This document shows positions 27,551 through 37,578 of a DNA stretch of 64,000 bases, in pieces (positions within the stretch are counted from its first letter, which is position 1; each line of letters opens with the position of its first letter). Under the pieces are notes generated by a model. It searched no databases. It was given only the letters and a program-made list of their open reading frames with translations, and was not told the origin of the DNA. Made by a program: the position numbers and the translations under genes. Location of the stretch: NCBI GenBank assembly GCA_016927185.1, contig JAFGND010000035.1:11887-75886 (forward strand). Reading direction: 5' to 3'. Origin of the DNA: Candidatus Coatesbacteria bacterium (lineage in GTDB: Bacteria; JAFGND01).

Positions 27551-30500
27551 CTACTCCTTACTATTCGCATTTTTCCCTTTAAAGACTGCACTATTTTTTC
27601 CAAGAAGTTTTTCCAGCTTTTGTTTCAATTCATTACTAGGATCTATCTTGAGATTCTTTGTTCTTACAAAATATTTATCACCTTTTTCTGTTATTATCTG
27701 GAATACGACTGGTATTTTTCCTTTGAACTCCTTGCATATTGCTTCAATTCTATCCAGCCAAATGTCTTCCAGCCCTAATGTATCCATTTTTATTAAAAGA
27801 GTTTTAACAAGATTCTTTACTGCATCTTCAAAAGGGAATATTTTATCAGCTTTAACTTGAAATAAATCACCATTATTATCTGCTTTTTTTGATATTTTTC
27901 CTTCAATGAAAACCAGCGTATGATTTTCAAGCAAGTTCTTATATTCTTCATATATTTTAGGCATTATTATCAATTCTACTGAACCTGTTAGATCTTCAAT
28001 TCTGCAGAATGCCATTTGTTCATATTTTTTCGTGATATGTGTCTTTTTTTCAAGGATAATCCCTCCAATGCCAACCTTGCTTTCATTAGGAAGAATATTA
28101 ATATCTTTAATCAGGTTAGGAATTATATTATTAAAGTCACATTCATGCTTTACCAAAGGATGGCCTGATAAATAGAAACCTATAACTGAAAGCTCTTCAG
28201 CCAATTCAGTATGTTCATCCCAGGAAGGATAATCAGGCATAATAAATGTAGTCAGTTTTTCTCTAGTGTTTTCCAATACATCATTGAATAAATCTTCCTG
28301 GGGTGATTTTTTATCTTCCTGAGCAGATTGTCCATATTTCAATATATTGTCAACCGAGGCTAGCATTTGAGCCCTGTTTTTTGAGAAACAGTCAAATGCT
28401 CCTGCCTTGATGAGACTTTCCAAAGCTCGCTTATTTATTACTCTGGTATTGACATTTGATACAAAATGAAGCAAATCATTGAATTTTGTTACTTTTTCCC
28501 TGTCTCTTACCAATTCCTCCATAGCCGATAAGCCTACATTTTTAATGGCAGCAAGACCAAATCTTATTCTATTATCTTGTACTTTAAATTCAGGTTTGCT
28601 TTCATTAATATCAGGAGGCAAAACCTCTATCCCTGTTGCCTTGATTTCCTGCATTATTATAGCCATTTTTTCAAAATTACCTATTTCTGATGTAATATGT
28701 GCTGCCCAGAATTCATGAGGATAGTGAGTTTTCAAGTAAGCTGTTTGATAACTTAAAAGAGCATATGCTGCTGAATGTGATTTGTTGAAACCATAACTTG
28801 CAAATGCTTCAATATCATTCCATATTTTTTCAGCCAATTCTTTTTCAATATGCTTAATTTTCTTGCATCCTTCAGTGAATTGTGTTTTAAATTTTATCAT
28901 TAAATCATGTTTTTTCTTACCCATTGCTTTTCTCAGGTTGTCTGCTTCAGCCATGCTGAATCCCGCAAATTTATTGGCAATCAGGATGATATGCTCTTGA
29001 TAAAGCATTATGCCAAGACAGTCTTTAAGGATTCCCTCTAAATCCGGATGATCATATACTATTTTTTCATGTCCATGTTTCCTTGCAATATAGTCATCTA
29101 TTCTTAGCATTGGACCAGGTCTATACAAAGCAATAGCAGCTATCAGATCGTCAAAAATATCTGGCTGCATTCTTCTGAGAAGATTTTGCATCCCAGATGA
29201 TTCAAGCTGAAATACTCCTATTGTTTCTCCTCTTGAAATAAGCTCATAGGTTTTGGGATCATCAAGAGGCAATTCATCAATATTTACCGGTTCCTTGCCA
29301 TTCTCTTCAATATTTTTTAAAGTATTTTCAATTACTGTTAGTGTTTTCAAACCCAGGCAGTCTAATTTCAGCAGCCCTATTTTTTCTGCCGAAACTCCAT
29401 CAAACTGAGTAATCCAGTCCTCAGCACTCTTATCGCCACTTCTTGCAAGGGGAATATAATCAGTAATATTACCTGGAGCAATAATAATACCTGCAGCATG
29501 CTTGCTTGAATGCCTTACTAATCCTTCAATTTTGCGTGCGAAATTTATAGCTTCTTTCCATTTATCATTACTCTCATATATAGACTTGAATTCAAGCGAC
29601 TCTTTCAAAGCATCTTCAATAGTCTCATTAACTGTTTCTGGAACTGCCTTGGCTATTTTATCTGCATCAGATAAAGATATCTTCAATACCCGACAAACAT
29701 CTCTTATTGCCTGTTTTGCTTTAAGATAACTGAATGTTATTATTGAAGCAACACTATCCTTGCCATACTTTTCTACAAGGTATTCAATGGCATTCGATCG
29801 TTTCTGATCCCCAAAATCCAGATCTATATCTGGCATTGATATTCTGGAAGGATTAAGAAATCTCTCAAAAAGAAGATTATATTTTAAGGGATTGAGTTGG
29901 GTTATACCAAGCGTATAGGATACAAGAGATCCAACAACACTTCCTCTTCCAGGTCCTACCGGGACTCCCCTCATTTTTGCGTTTTCCACCAGGTCTGATA
30001 CAATAAGAAAATAACCTGCAAAATCCATTTTCTCTATGGTCTTAAGCTCAGTATTAATTCTCTCTTCTATTTCTCTGGTTATATTATCGAATTTTTTATG
30101 AAGTCCAGTTTTAACTTTCATTTCAAGATATGCGTTCTCATCTTTTCCATACTCAGGAGGCAACTGAAAAGTAGGTAACTTGTAGTCCTTATTTATACTT
30201 ATATGACATCTTCTTGCAATTTCAGATGTAATTTTCAAGGATTGTGAATCTTTTCCAAAGAGTTTTTCCATTTCTTCGGTACTCTTGAAATAGATTTCAT
30301 TTGATGAAAATCTCATCCTGTTCGGGTCATCATAATCTTTTCCAGTCTGAACACATAACAAGATATCATGTGCTTTAGCATCTTCTTTTTTCAAGTAATG
30401 GGAATCATTGGTTACTACTGTTTGTATTCCAAGATGTTCAGCTAAACTGATTAATTTATCAAGCACTATTTCTTCATCTGCAATGAAGTGATTTTGCAGT

Positions 30501-31018
30501 TCTATGAAATAATTATCCTTGCCAAACAATTTTAACCAGAATTTTGCTCTTTCTTCAGCCTCTGCTTCCTTGCCTTCCAGAAGAAGCTGAGGTATTTCAC
30601 CTTTAAGGCATCCAGAAAGAGCAATAATCCCCTTGCTATATTTACCAAGCAGATCTGGATTTGTTCTTGGTCTATAGTAAAAAGCATCCTTGTCAAAAGC
30701 AAGTGATGATATCTTCAAGAGGTTAGAAAAGCCTGTATTATTTTCTGCAAGTAATGTCATATGATAATAATTAACATCTTGTTTCTTGCTGAAATCATTA
30801 TCAGGGCATACATAGGCTTCATAACCTATTACAGGATGTATATCATGAGCAACCATTGTGTCATAGAATTCTATGACACCATAAAGATTGCCATGATCAG
30901 TAATTGCGCATGAATGCTGATTATGCTTTTGAACTAACTTTGCAAGTTCATCAATTCTGCATGCACCATCTAATATCGAATATTGAGTATGATTATGTAA
31001 ATGTACAAATCCAGTCAT
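27551..31018 (-). CDS. dnaE: DNA polymerase III alpha subunit
   Basis: N-terminal PHP domain (MTGFVHLHNHTQYSILDGA), polymerase core and OB fold. Total length is 1155 aa. Confidence 0.9.
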   Translation of the reverse strand: MTGFVHLHNHTQYSILDGACRIDELAKLVQKHNQHSCAITDHGNLYGVIEFYDTMVAHDIHPVIGYEAYVCPDNDFSKKQDVNYYHMTLLAENNTGFSNLLKISSLAFDKDAFYYRPRTNPDLLGKYSKGIIALSGCLKGEIPQLLLEGKEAEAEERAKFWLKLFGKDNYFIELQNHFIADEEIVLDKLISLAEHLGIQTVVTNDSHYLKKEDAKAHDILLCVQTGKDYDDPNRMRFSSNEIYFKSTEEMEKLFGKDSQSLKITSEIARRCHISINKDYKLPTFQLPPEYGKDENAYLEMKVKTGLHKKFDNITREIEERINTELKTIEKMDFAGYFLIVSDLVENAKMRGVPVGPGRGSVVGSLVSYTLGITQLNPLKYNLLFERFLNPSRISMPDIDLDFGDQKRSNAIEYLVEKYGKDSVASIITFSYLKAKQAIRDVCRVLKISLSDADKIAKAVPETVNETIEDALKESLEFKSIYESNDKWKEAINFARKIEGLVRHSSKHAAGIIIAPGNITDYIPLARSGDKSAEDWITQFDGVSAEKIGLLKLDCLGLKTLTVIENTLKNIEENGKEPVNIDELPLDDPKTYELISRGETIGVFQLESSGMQNLLRRMQPDIFDDLIAAIALYRPGPMLRIDDYIARKHGHEKIVYDHPDLEGILKDCLGIMLYQEHIILIANKFAGFSMAEADNLRKAMGKKKHDLMIKFKTQFTEGCKKIKHIEKELAEKIWNDIEAFASYGFNKSHSAAYALLSYQTAYLKTHYPHEFWAAHITSEIGNFEKMAIIMQEIKATGIEVLPPDINESKPEFKVQDNRIRFGLAAIKNVGLSAMEELVRDREKVTKFNDLLHFVSNVNTRVINKRALESLIKAGAFDCFSKNRAQMLASVDNILKYGQSAQEDKKSPQEDLFNDVLENTREKLTTFIMPDYPSWDEHTELAEELSVIGFYLSGHPLVKHECDFNNIIPNLIKDINILPNESKVGIGGIILEKKTHITKKYEQMAFCRIEDLTGSVELIIMPKIYEEYKNLLENHTLVFIEGKISKKADNNGDLFQVKADKIFPFEDAVKNLVKTLLIKMDTLGLEDIWLDRIEAICKEFKGKIPVVFQIITEKGDKYFVRTKNLKIDPSNELKQKLEKLLGKNSAVFKGKNANSKE

Positions 31019-31019
31019 A

Positions 31020-31712
31020 TTATTCCTTCAATATAACACATTTATGTTTTGATTTTGCAACTTCCGCCATATCATTTAATTCTTTTGAGGTATATGGGGT
31101 AAGCTGCTTGAAATAATCTTCTTTTGAATTCCTGGGATAGAATTGCTGTAGAGAATATTTGACTTTGGAAGGTAAATATTGAACAATATCAGCAATATCG
31201 GTTTTCTCTACAAGAAATGGTACACAAGTTGTTCTGAATTCAGCTTTTTCTTTCATTGATCCGATAACTTCTATGCTTTTAAGTATATCGAATTTATTAA
31301 TTTCTGTTTTTGTGGCTAATTCATACTTACTGAAACTTGTCTTTATGTCCATTGAAATCCATTCTACTAAACGTGATTCAACTATTCTGCTTAATATATC
31401 CGGTTTACTCCCATTTGTATCCAACTTTATCTTAATGCCCATTTCTTTTAATTCATATATAAATTCTATTATGTCATCATTAATAGTTGGCTCACCACCT
31501 GAGATAACTATTCCATCAATGAATGATTTTCTTTCTGAAATCCTGTCCTTGATTTCAGCTAGTTTAAAACCTGGTATGTCTGTGCTTTCAAGAAGATAGG
31601 AATTATGGCAGAAACCACAATTCCAGTTGCAGCCCTTCAAGAACAAAACAGTAGAAATGCTAGCCGGCAGGTCTACCAGGCTTGTCCATACTATTCCTGA
31701 TATAAGTGGCAA
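31020..31712 (-). CDS. nrdG: Anaerobic ribonucleoside-triphosphate reductase activating protein (radical SAM)
   Basis: Translation SLVDLPASISTVLFLKGCNWNCGFCHN contains CxxxCxxC. The TTG start directly abuts the TAA of the upstream small ORF. Confidence 0.8.
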   Translation of the reverse strand: MPLISGIVWTSLVDLPASISTVLFLKGCNWNCGFCHNSYLLESTDIPGFKLAEIKDRISERKSFIDGIVISGGEPTINDDIIEFIYELKEMGIKIKLDTNGSKPDILSRIVESRLVEWISMDIKTSFSKYELATKTEINKFDILKSIEVIGSMKEKAEFRTTCVPFLVEKTDIADIVQYLPSKVKYSLQQFYPRNSKEDYFKQLTPYTSKELNDMAEVAKSKHKCVILKE

Positions 31713-31862
31713 TTAGCTGACGTCTTCTAGTTCTTTTTTTCCAATTGTAGCGTAAATATGTCTTTCATGGAATTCTTCTTTCTTTGCTGAATTCCATTGA
31801 TCTATCGGTCTAAAATATCCAACTATTCTTGAGTATACTTCACAAGGTATTCTCTTTTGCAT
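31713..31862 (-). CDS. 49-aa stand-alone glycyl-radical module of class III RNR (NrdD C-terminal fragment encoded as a separate ORF)
   Basis: Translation MQKRIPCEVYSRIVGYFRPIDQWNSAKKEEFHERHIYATIGKKELEDVS contains the NrdD glycyl-radical signature R-x-x-G-Y and the conserved N-x-x-K-x-E-E tail. The ATG is preceded by AGAGGAG 5 nt upstream. The ORF lies 15 nt after the nrdD stop and is separated from it by two in-frame stops. Confidence 0.5.
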   Translation of the reverse strand: MQKRIPCEVYSRIVGYFRPIDQWNSAKKEEFHERHIYATIGKKELEDVS

Positions 31863-31877
31863 CTATGCTCCTCTCTT

Positions 31878-33935
31878 TTATCCCACTTCAATTCCATAAA
31901 AATCAAGTTCTTCTTTAGAATGTTCATAAGGACAGAATTCAAATTCACCAGAAATATAACCATGTACAGGACATATACTGAAAGTTGGTGTTAATGTGAA
32001 ATAGGGTAAATGAAATTGCTCTGCTATTCTTCTAACAAGAAGTTTACAGGTATTCAGATCATTTACTCTTTCACCAAGAAATGCATGAAAAACAGTACCT
32101 CCAGTATATAATGATTGAAGCTTCTCCTGATGGCGTAATGACTGGAAAAGATCCTTATTCGAGTTTACTGGCAGATGTGTCGAATTAGTATAGTATGGAT
32201 GGTTTTTGCCAGCTGTCTTTATATTGTTGTATTTTTCAATATCCTTGTTTGCAAGCCTGTAGCTTGTTCCTTCTGCAGGAGTAGCCTCAAGGTTTAAAAG
32301 AATTCCATTTTCTTTTTGAATGTTGTTAAGCTTATTTTTTAAAAAATCCAGGGTTTTTTCTGCCAATGACAAACCATTTGTAGTTTCAATACTTTCATTT
32401 ATAAGGTTCAAGCAGGCTTCATTCATTCCAATTATTCCAATAGTGGAAAAATGATTATTCCAGTATGTTTTATCTCTTGAGCATATATTCCTCAGATAAA
32501 ACCTGGAATATGGATACAGACCTTGCTGTGTAAAGTTTTCCAGTAATTTTCTTTTGATTTTCAAGGAATCCACCGCTAATTCAATATGTGCCGAAAGCTT
32601 TTGAAAGAAACCTTCCTCACTTGTAGATGTATAAGCTGCTCTTGGTAAATTGATAGTAACAACACCTATTGATCCTGTTAAAGGATTTGCACCAAATAAG
32701 CCTCCTCCTCGCCTTAGGCTATCATCAGAATTTTCATCAACAAGTCGTAAGGATCTTTTCCTGAGTTCCCTGTTATCGAGTCTGAGTCTGCAACACATGC
32801 TTCTTGCATCTTCAGGATGCATGTCACTGTTTATGAAATTTGAGAAATATGGAATGCCATATTTTGCAGTCATTTCCCATACAAGATCAAGGTTTTTGTT
32901 ATCCCAATCAAAATCTTTTGTTATATTATAGGTAGGAATTGGAAATGTGAAGATTCTCCCTTTTGCATCACCCTGCATCATAACTTCTGCGAATGCTCTA
33001 TTTATCATATCCATTTCGTTCTGGAAAGCTGCATATGTTTTATCCTGGGGCTTTCCTCCAATAATAACAGCCATATTTTTTAAATAGGATGGACATACAA
33101 GATCGAATGTGATGTTTGTAAATGGTGTTTGAAAACCAACTCTTGTAGGTACATTAAGGTTAAAAATGAACTCCTGCATTCCCTGAACAACATCTCTGTA
33201 ATCTAGCTTGTCATAATATATGAATGGTGCCAGCAGGGTGTCAAAATTTGAAAAAGCTTGTGCTCCTGCAGCTTCTCCTTGTAATGTATAAAAGAAATTC
33301 ACTATTTGTCCAAGCAAGCTGCAATAATGTTTTGCTGGACCGCTTTCTATTTTTCCAGAAACTCCCTTCAAACCATTCATTATCAAATCAAGCAAATCCC
33401 AGCCACAACAATAAACTGATAACTGACCTAAATCATGTATATGGAAGTCTCCAGTTTGATGAGCTTCTCTTATTTCTGGGGGATAAACTTTCTCCAGCCA
33501 GTAATTAGAAGAAATTATTGAAGTAACAAAGTTATTTAATCCCTGGAGAGAATAACCCATATTAGAGTTTTCTTTCACACGCCAGTCCACTTGATTCAAG
33601 TAATTATCCACTAATCCAAGTGTATCGTCGAAAAGAGCTTTTGTGTTCCTGAGTGTTTCATGCTGTGCTCTATAAATGATATAGGCTTTTGCAACATCAG
33701 CTAGTCCCTCATTTATCAACATCTTTTCGACTAAATCCTGAACATTTTCCACAGTTGGAACTCTATTGTCTTTATAAATGACTCCTAGTATAGAAACTAC
33801 CTGACTTGATATTTTTTTTGCAGTTTCCATATCTTCTTTGCCTATTGCTTTCGTTGCTTTATATATTGCCTGAGTAATTTTTTCTTGATTGAAATCGGCA
33901 AGGGATCCATCTCGTTTACGAATCTGCCTGATCAT
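31878..33935 (-). CDS. nrdD: Anaerobic ribonucleoside-triphosphate reductase, large part (ATP-cone plus catalytic barrel), lacking the glycyl-radical tail
   Basis: ATP-cone MIRQIRKRDGSLADF. NrdD motifs CCRLRLDNRELRKR...GGGLFGANPLTGSIGVVTINLPR. The protein ends in a zinc-ribbon-like CPVHGY...CPYEH with no RxxGY. I place the start at the ATG at 33935. The track starts at an upstream TTG at 33965. Confidence 0.85.
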   Translation of the reverse strand: MIRQIRKRDGSLADFNQEKITQAIYKATKAIGKEDMETAKKISSQVVSILGVIYKDNRVPTVENVQDLVEKMLINEGLADVAKAYIIYRAQHETLRNTKALFDDTLGLVDNYLNQVDWRVKENSNMGYSLQGLNNFVTSIISSNYWLEKVYPPEIREAHQTGDFHIHDLGQLSVYCCGWDLLDLIMNGLKGVSGKIESGPAKHYCSLLGQIVNFFYTLQGEAAGAQAFSNFDTLLAPFIYYDKLDYRDVVQGMQEFIFNLNVPTRVGFQTPFTNITFDLVCPSYLKNMAVIIGGKPQDKTYAAFQNEMDMINRAFAEVMMQGDAKGRIFTFPIPTYNITKDFDWDNKNLDLVWEMTAKYGIPYFSNFINSDMHPEDARSMCCRLRLDNRELRKRSLRLVDENSDDSLRRGGGLFGANPLTGSIGVVTINLPRAAYTSTSEEGFFQKLSAHIELAVDSLKIKRKLLENFTQQGLYPYSRFYLRNICSRDKTYWNNHFSTIGIIGMNEACLNLINESIETTNGLSLAEKTLDFLKNKLNNIQKENGILLNLEATPAEGTSYRLANKDIEKYNNIKTAGKNHPYYTNSTHLPVNSNKDLFQSLRHQEKLQSLYTGGTVFHAFLGERVNDLNTCKLLVRRIAEQFHLPYFTLTPTFSICPVHGYISGEFEFCPYEHSKEELDFYGIEVG

Positions 33936-34177
33936 GCCCCATTTCCCCCTCTTTTGCAAAAACAAGCTTATAATTCCAAAAGAAATTTAGGTTTTTGCAT
34001 AAAACATGAAGGCAGGTTTGCTTCTCTTAAGACCATCTGTCAAGCAAAAAACGAAAAAAAATCTTCAAAATGTTAACGAATGTTATTAGGAAAGAATCTC
34101 TCTGTGCAATTAAAGAGATGGTGAACATGAATATATTGTAACACTATAATATTCAAGAATATATAAGAAAAGATAAC

Positions 34178-34897
34178 TTATTTATCAGCAGGTATCCCCT
34201 TTAATAACTTCATGATTTCAATATGGTTATTTACTTTTGCATAATCAAAAGCAGATAATCCACTCTTGTCTTTGAGTTTAATATCAGCTCCGTATTTGAT
34301 TAGCAATCCTGCAACTTTAGTGAATCCATTCTCACAGGCAATCATGAGAGTTGTTATACCTTCATTATCTTTTGCATTTATTTCAGCTTTGTTTTCAAGC
34401 AGAATTCTTACTATTTGAAAATTCCTGGCTGCAAGCATTAATGGAGTAGTACCATCATTTAATTTATGATTTACTGATGCTCCTTTCCTTATAAGAAGTT
34501 TAACTGCTTCTGTATGTTCATGGAGAATGGCAGACATCAATGGGGTGCCACCTCCAAGGTATTCCTTTTTGTTTACATCAGCTCCTTTTTTTGTGAGTAA
34601 CTCTATAATCTTTAATTCACCATTTGTACATGCTATAAGAAGTGGTGTACGTCCATCTTTGCTTGGTAAGTCAACTCTGGCTCCTTTTTCTACAAGCAAA
34701 ACAGCAATTTCAACAAACCCAAAACCTGATGCATAAGTTAAAGCACAAAATCCCATTTCATCAGAAGCTTCAGGATTGGCACCTTTTTGAAGGAGGGTTT
34801 TCACTGTTTCTATTTTATTCATCTTTACAGCTTCAAGTAATTCATTATCTAGAGGAGATGTGGAAAGCAGATAAATAAAGAGCATGCTTATATACAT
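34178..34897 (-). CDS. Secreted ankyrin-repeat protein (about 6 ANK repeats)
   Basis: Repeated G-x-TPL-x-A ... LL-x-GA-xVN ankyrin consensus, and an N-terminal hydrophobic signal. Confidence 0.7.
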   Translation of the reverse strand: MYISMLFIYLLSTSPLDNELLEAVKMNKIETVKTLLQKGANPEASDEMGFCALTYASGFGFVEIAVLLVEKGARVDLPSKDGRTPLLIACTNGELKIIELLTKKGADVNKKEYLGGGTPLMSAILHEHTEAVKLLIRKGASVNHKLNDGTTPLMLAARNFQIVRILLENKAEINAKDNEGITTLMIACENGFTKVAGLLIKYGADIKLKDKSGLSAFDYAKVNNHIEIMKLLKGIPADK

Positions 34898-35053
34898 TTA
34901 TTAAATCCTTGATAAAATGAAAAGGGAAGAACAATATCATATTACTATATGTCAATCAATTTTATATTACTTTTTCTTGACTATATTTGCTAAAATAGAA
35001 AACTGTTTACAGTTAGTTGATTTATTACAAACAATATAATAAGAGAGGGATTT

Positions 35054-36781
35054 ATGGATGACCAGAAACCTGTGAAAATGACAACAGCAGGAAAAATAAT
35101 TATTCTTTTTGTAATTGTTGCTATTGTTCTTGTTGGATTATATCTTGCCAGGAATATCATTTTCCCGAAATCATCACAAACATTATCTAAAGTGGATATG
35201 GACAAGTTCAAGAAAATGGAAGTTGAAAAGGTAAGTCCTCAAGGAATAACTACTGTTTCAGAATATAGTTATGTTCCAAGTTCAATCTTACCTCCTGTCA
35301 AGGGAACATCCAATTATAAATGGGACTCCAAGGAAAAAATAGTCAAATTCCCGATAAATGTCTGGATCGGCTGGCTTCCAATTGTTGCGGCTAATCATGG
35401 TTTCAAGGCAAACAAAGAATCGATTTTTTATCAGAAATATGGCTTCCAGGTTGAATTAACACTGATAGACAATCCCATTACCGCAAGGGATGCATTTGCA
35501 AGTGGTGAGACACATGTTTTATGGGGAACTCTTGATATGATGGTTTTATTTACGCCAGAACTCATGAAAGATTCTAGAACTGCCCCTAGAATATTTCAGC
35601 AAATAGACTGGTCTAATGGTGGAGATGGAATAGTATCAAGGGAAACCATAACCAGCATTAACGACTTGAAAGGAAGAACAATTGTTTTAGCCCAGAATTC
35701 TCCTTCAGAATATTTCTTATATAATTTATTGATATTTAGTGGTATCCAGCCTTCTGCGATCAAACCCAAGTATACTACTGACGCTTTCCAGGCAGCAACA
35801 GCTTTTGTTGCAGAACCTAGTATTGATGCATGTGTATCATGGGCTCCAGATATATATAATATAGAAAAGAAGGTTAAGGGGACAAAGATATTAACAACAA
35901 CCTCTCAAGCAAACAGAGTAATTGCAGATGTATGGGCAATGAGGGCAGATTTTGCAAGAGATCATCCTGAAGTGGCTAAAGGATTGGTTGCTGGTATATT
36001 CTATGCAATGGATCAACTGAAAGATCCTGTTTTCCTGGATAAGGCAATGAAATGGATGGCTACAGGATATAAAATGAAACCTGAAGAAATCAAAGGAATG
36101 CTCAATGATGCTCATTCCACTAACTTTGCCGAGAACAAGGATTTCTTCTTGAACAGAAATAATCCAACAAATTTTGAAAACACATGGAACAATATAACAT
36201 TGGTGTACAAGGAATTGAACAGGATTAAAGGGGATGTTACATTTGACAAGGTCATGGATTTCTCCATAATTCAACAGCTTGACAAAGATGGAATATTTAA
36301 GCACCAGAAAGACGAATATGTTACCAAACATGTATCAACATCTTACAGCAAACTCCAGGCAGAAAAACCTCTTCTCGTTCAGACAATAAGAATAAGCTTT
36401 TATCCTAATTCAGCAAATATTCATGAACCTCAGCATGATGAATTCGGCAAGCCTGTTGCTGATACAAAGTATGATCCTGAGGCTGATAAGATAATAGAGA
36501 CAGTAGGAAGACTTGCAAAGCAATATGACAGAGCTACAATACTTATTACTGGGCATACTGATAGTTCAATGAAGGGAACAGTCAATCCTATACTTGTACA
36601 GAAGTTGTCAGATGACAGAGCTAAAGCAGTAAAAGAAGCTCTCATAAAGAAATACAAATTTCCACCTGAGAAATTTGTTACAAAAGGATTGGGTTGGGAT
36701 CAACCTTCCAATCCTAATGATCCTCTTAATCAACCATTAAACAGAAGAGTAGAAATCTCAGTTTATCCAGCTGAACAATAA
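35054..36781 (+). CDS. Membrane-anchored ABC substrate-binding protein (NMT1/SsuA-like, NitT/TauT family) fused to a C-terminal OmpA-like peptidoglycan-binding domain
   Basis: An N-terminal TM helix. The central SBP has an SsuA/NMT1-like fold. The C-terminal ~110 aa (ILITGHTDSSMKGTVNPILVQKLSDDRAKAVKEALIKK ... NRRVEISV) match the OmpA/MotB C-domain pattern. The stop overlaps the permease start. Confidence 0.55.
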   Translation: MDDQKPVKMTTAGKIIILFVIVAIVLVGLYLARNIIFPKSSQTLSKVDMDKFKKMEVEKVSPQGITTVSEYSYVPSSILPPVKGTSNYKWDSKEKIVKFPINVWIGWLPIVAANHGFKANKESIFYQKYGFQVELTLIDNPITARDAFASGETHVLWGTLDMMVLFTPELMKDSRTAPRIFQQIDWSNGGDGIVSRETITSINDLKGRTIVLAQNSPSEYFLYNLLIFSGIQPSAIKPKYTTDAFQAATAFVAEPSIDACVSWAPDIYNIEKKVKGTKILTTTSQANRVIADVWAMRADFARDHPEVAKGLVAGIFYAMDQLKDPVFLDKAMKWMATGYKMKPEEIKGMLNDAHSTNFAENKDFFLNRNNPTNFENTWNNITLVYKELNRIKGDVTFDKVMDFSIIQQLDKDGIFKHQKDEYVTKHVSTSYSKLQAEKPLLVQTIRISFYPNSANIHEPQHDEFGKPVADTKYDPEADKIIETVGRLAKQYDRATILITGHTDSSMKGTVNPILVQKLSDDRAKAVKEALIKKYKFPPEKFVTKGLGWDQPSNPNDPLNQPLNRRVEISVYPAEQ

Positions 36782-37578
36782 TGGCATATATTACGGGAAA
36801 TAGAACTTACTGGGAGCGTTTCCTATGGGGAATGCTCCCTTTTATTATAGTACTGATTGTATGGTTTATTTTAACGCTAGGTAAGAATCCTGAAGACAGA
36901 ATATTAAGCCCGATTATTCTTCCAAGTCCACAAGAAGTTGTAAGGAGCATACCTAGTTTGTGGTTTGACCGTGAACTTACAAGAAATGCAATATGGAGTC
37001 TCCAGCGAGTCTTTTTTGGTTTTATTTTTGCTGCTATAATTGCAATTCCATTAGGATTGACAATGGCAGCATTTGGACAGATAAGGGCATTAGGAGAGCC
37101 TTTGATTGCAGTCACTTCATATCTCCCTATTGCTGCATTAGTACCATTAACTATGAGCTGGTTTGGAATGGATGAAACTCAGAAAATCGCATTCCTGGCT
37201 CTTGCAACTTTTATCTATTTAGCTCCACTTTCTTTTACTTCAGCAATGAAAGTGGATCAGGTTTATGTAAACACAGCTTATACTTTGGGAGCTAATAGAT
37301 GGCAGGTTTTGTATAAAGTTTTATTCATGATTGCAGCAGGAGATCTTTTCGATAATCTCAGAATGGCATTTGGAGTTGGCTGGACATACATAATTTTAGC
37401 TGAAATGGTTAATCTTGGTAATGGACTGGGAAGTTTGATATTGATTAGTGAAAGAAGAGGTCCAAGAGAGCATATTTATCTTGTATTGCTTAGTATAATT
37501 TTAATTGCATTTATAATTGATTATATCTGGAAAATGATAGGTAATGTTATCTTCCCCTACAGAAATCTAAAAAAATGA
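36781..37578 (+). CDS. ABC transporter permease (binding-protein-dependent, TauC/SsuC-like)
   Basis: 6-TM protein with the EAA-like loop of NitT/TauT permeases. Translationally coupled to both flanking genes. Confidence 0.75.
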   Translation: MAYITGNRTYWERFLWGMLPFIIVLIVWFILTLGKNPEDRILSPIILPSPQEVVRSIPSLWFDRELTRNAIWSLQRVFFGFIFAAIIAIPLGLTMAAFGQIRALGEPLIAVTSYLPIAALVPLTMSWFGMDETQKIAFLALATFIYLAPLSFTSAMKVDQVYVNTAYTLGANRWQVLYKVLFMIAAGDLFDNLRMAFGVGWTYIILAEMVNLGNGLGSLILISERRGPREHIYLVLLSIILIAFIIDYIWKMIGNVIFPYRNLKK

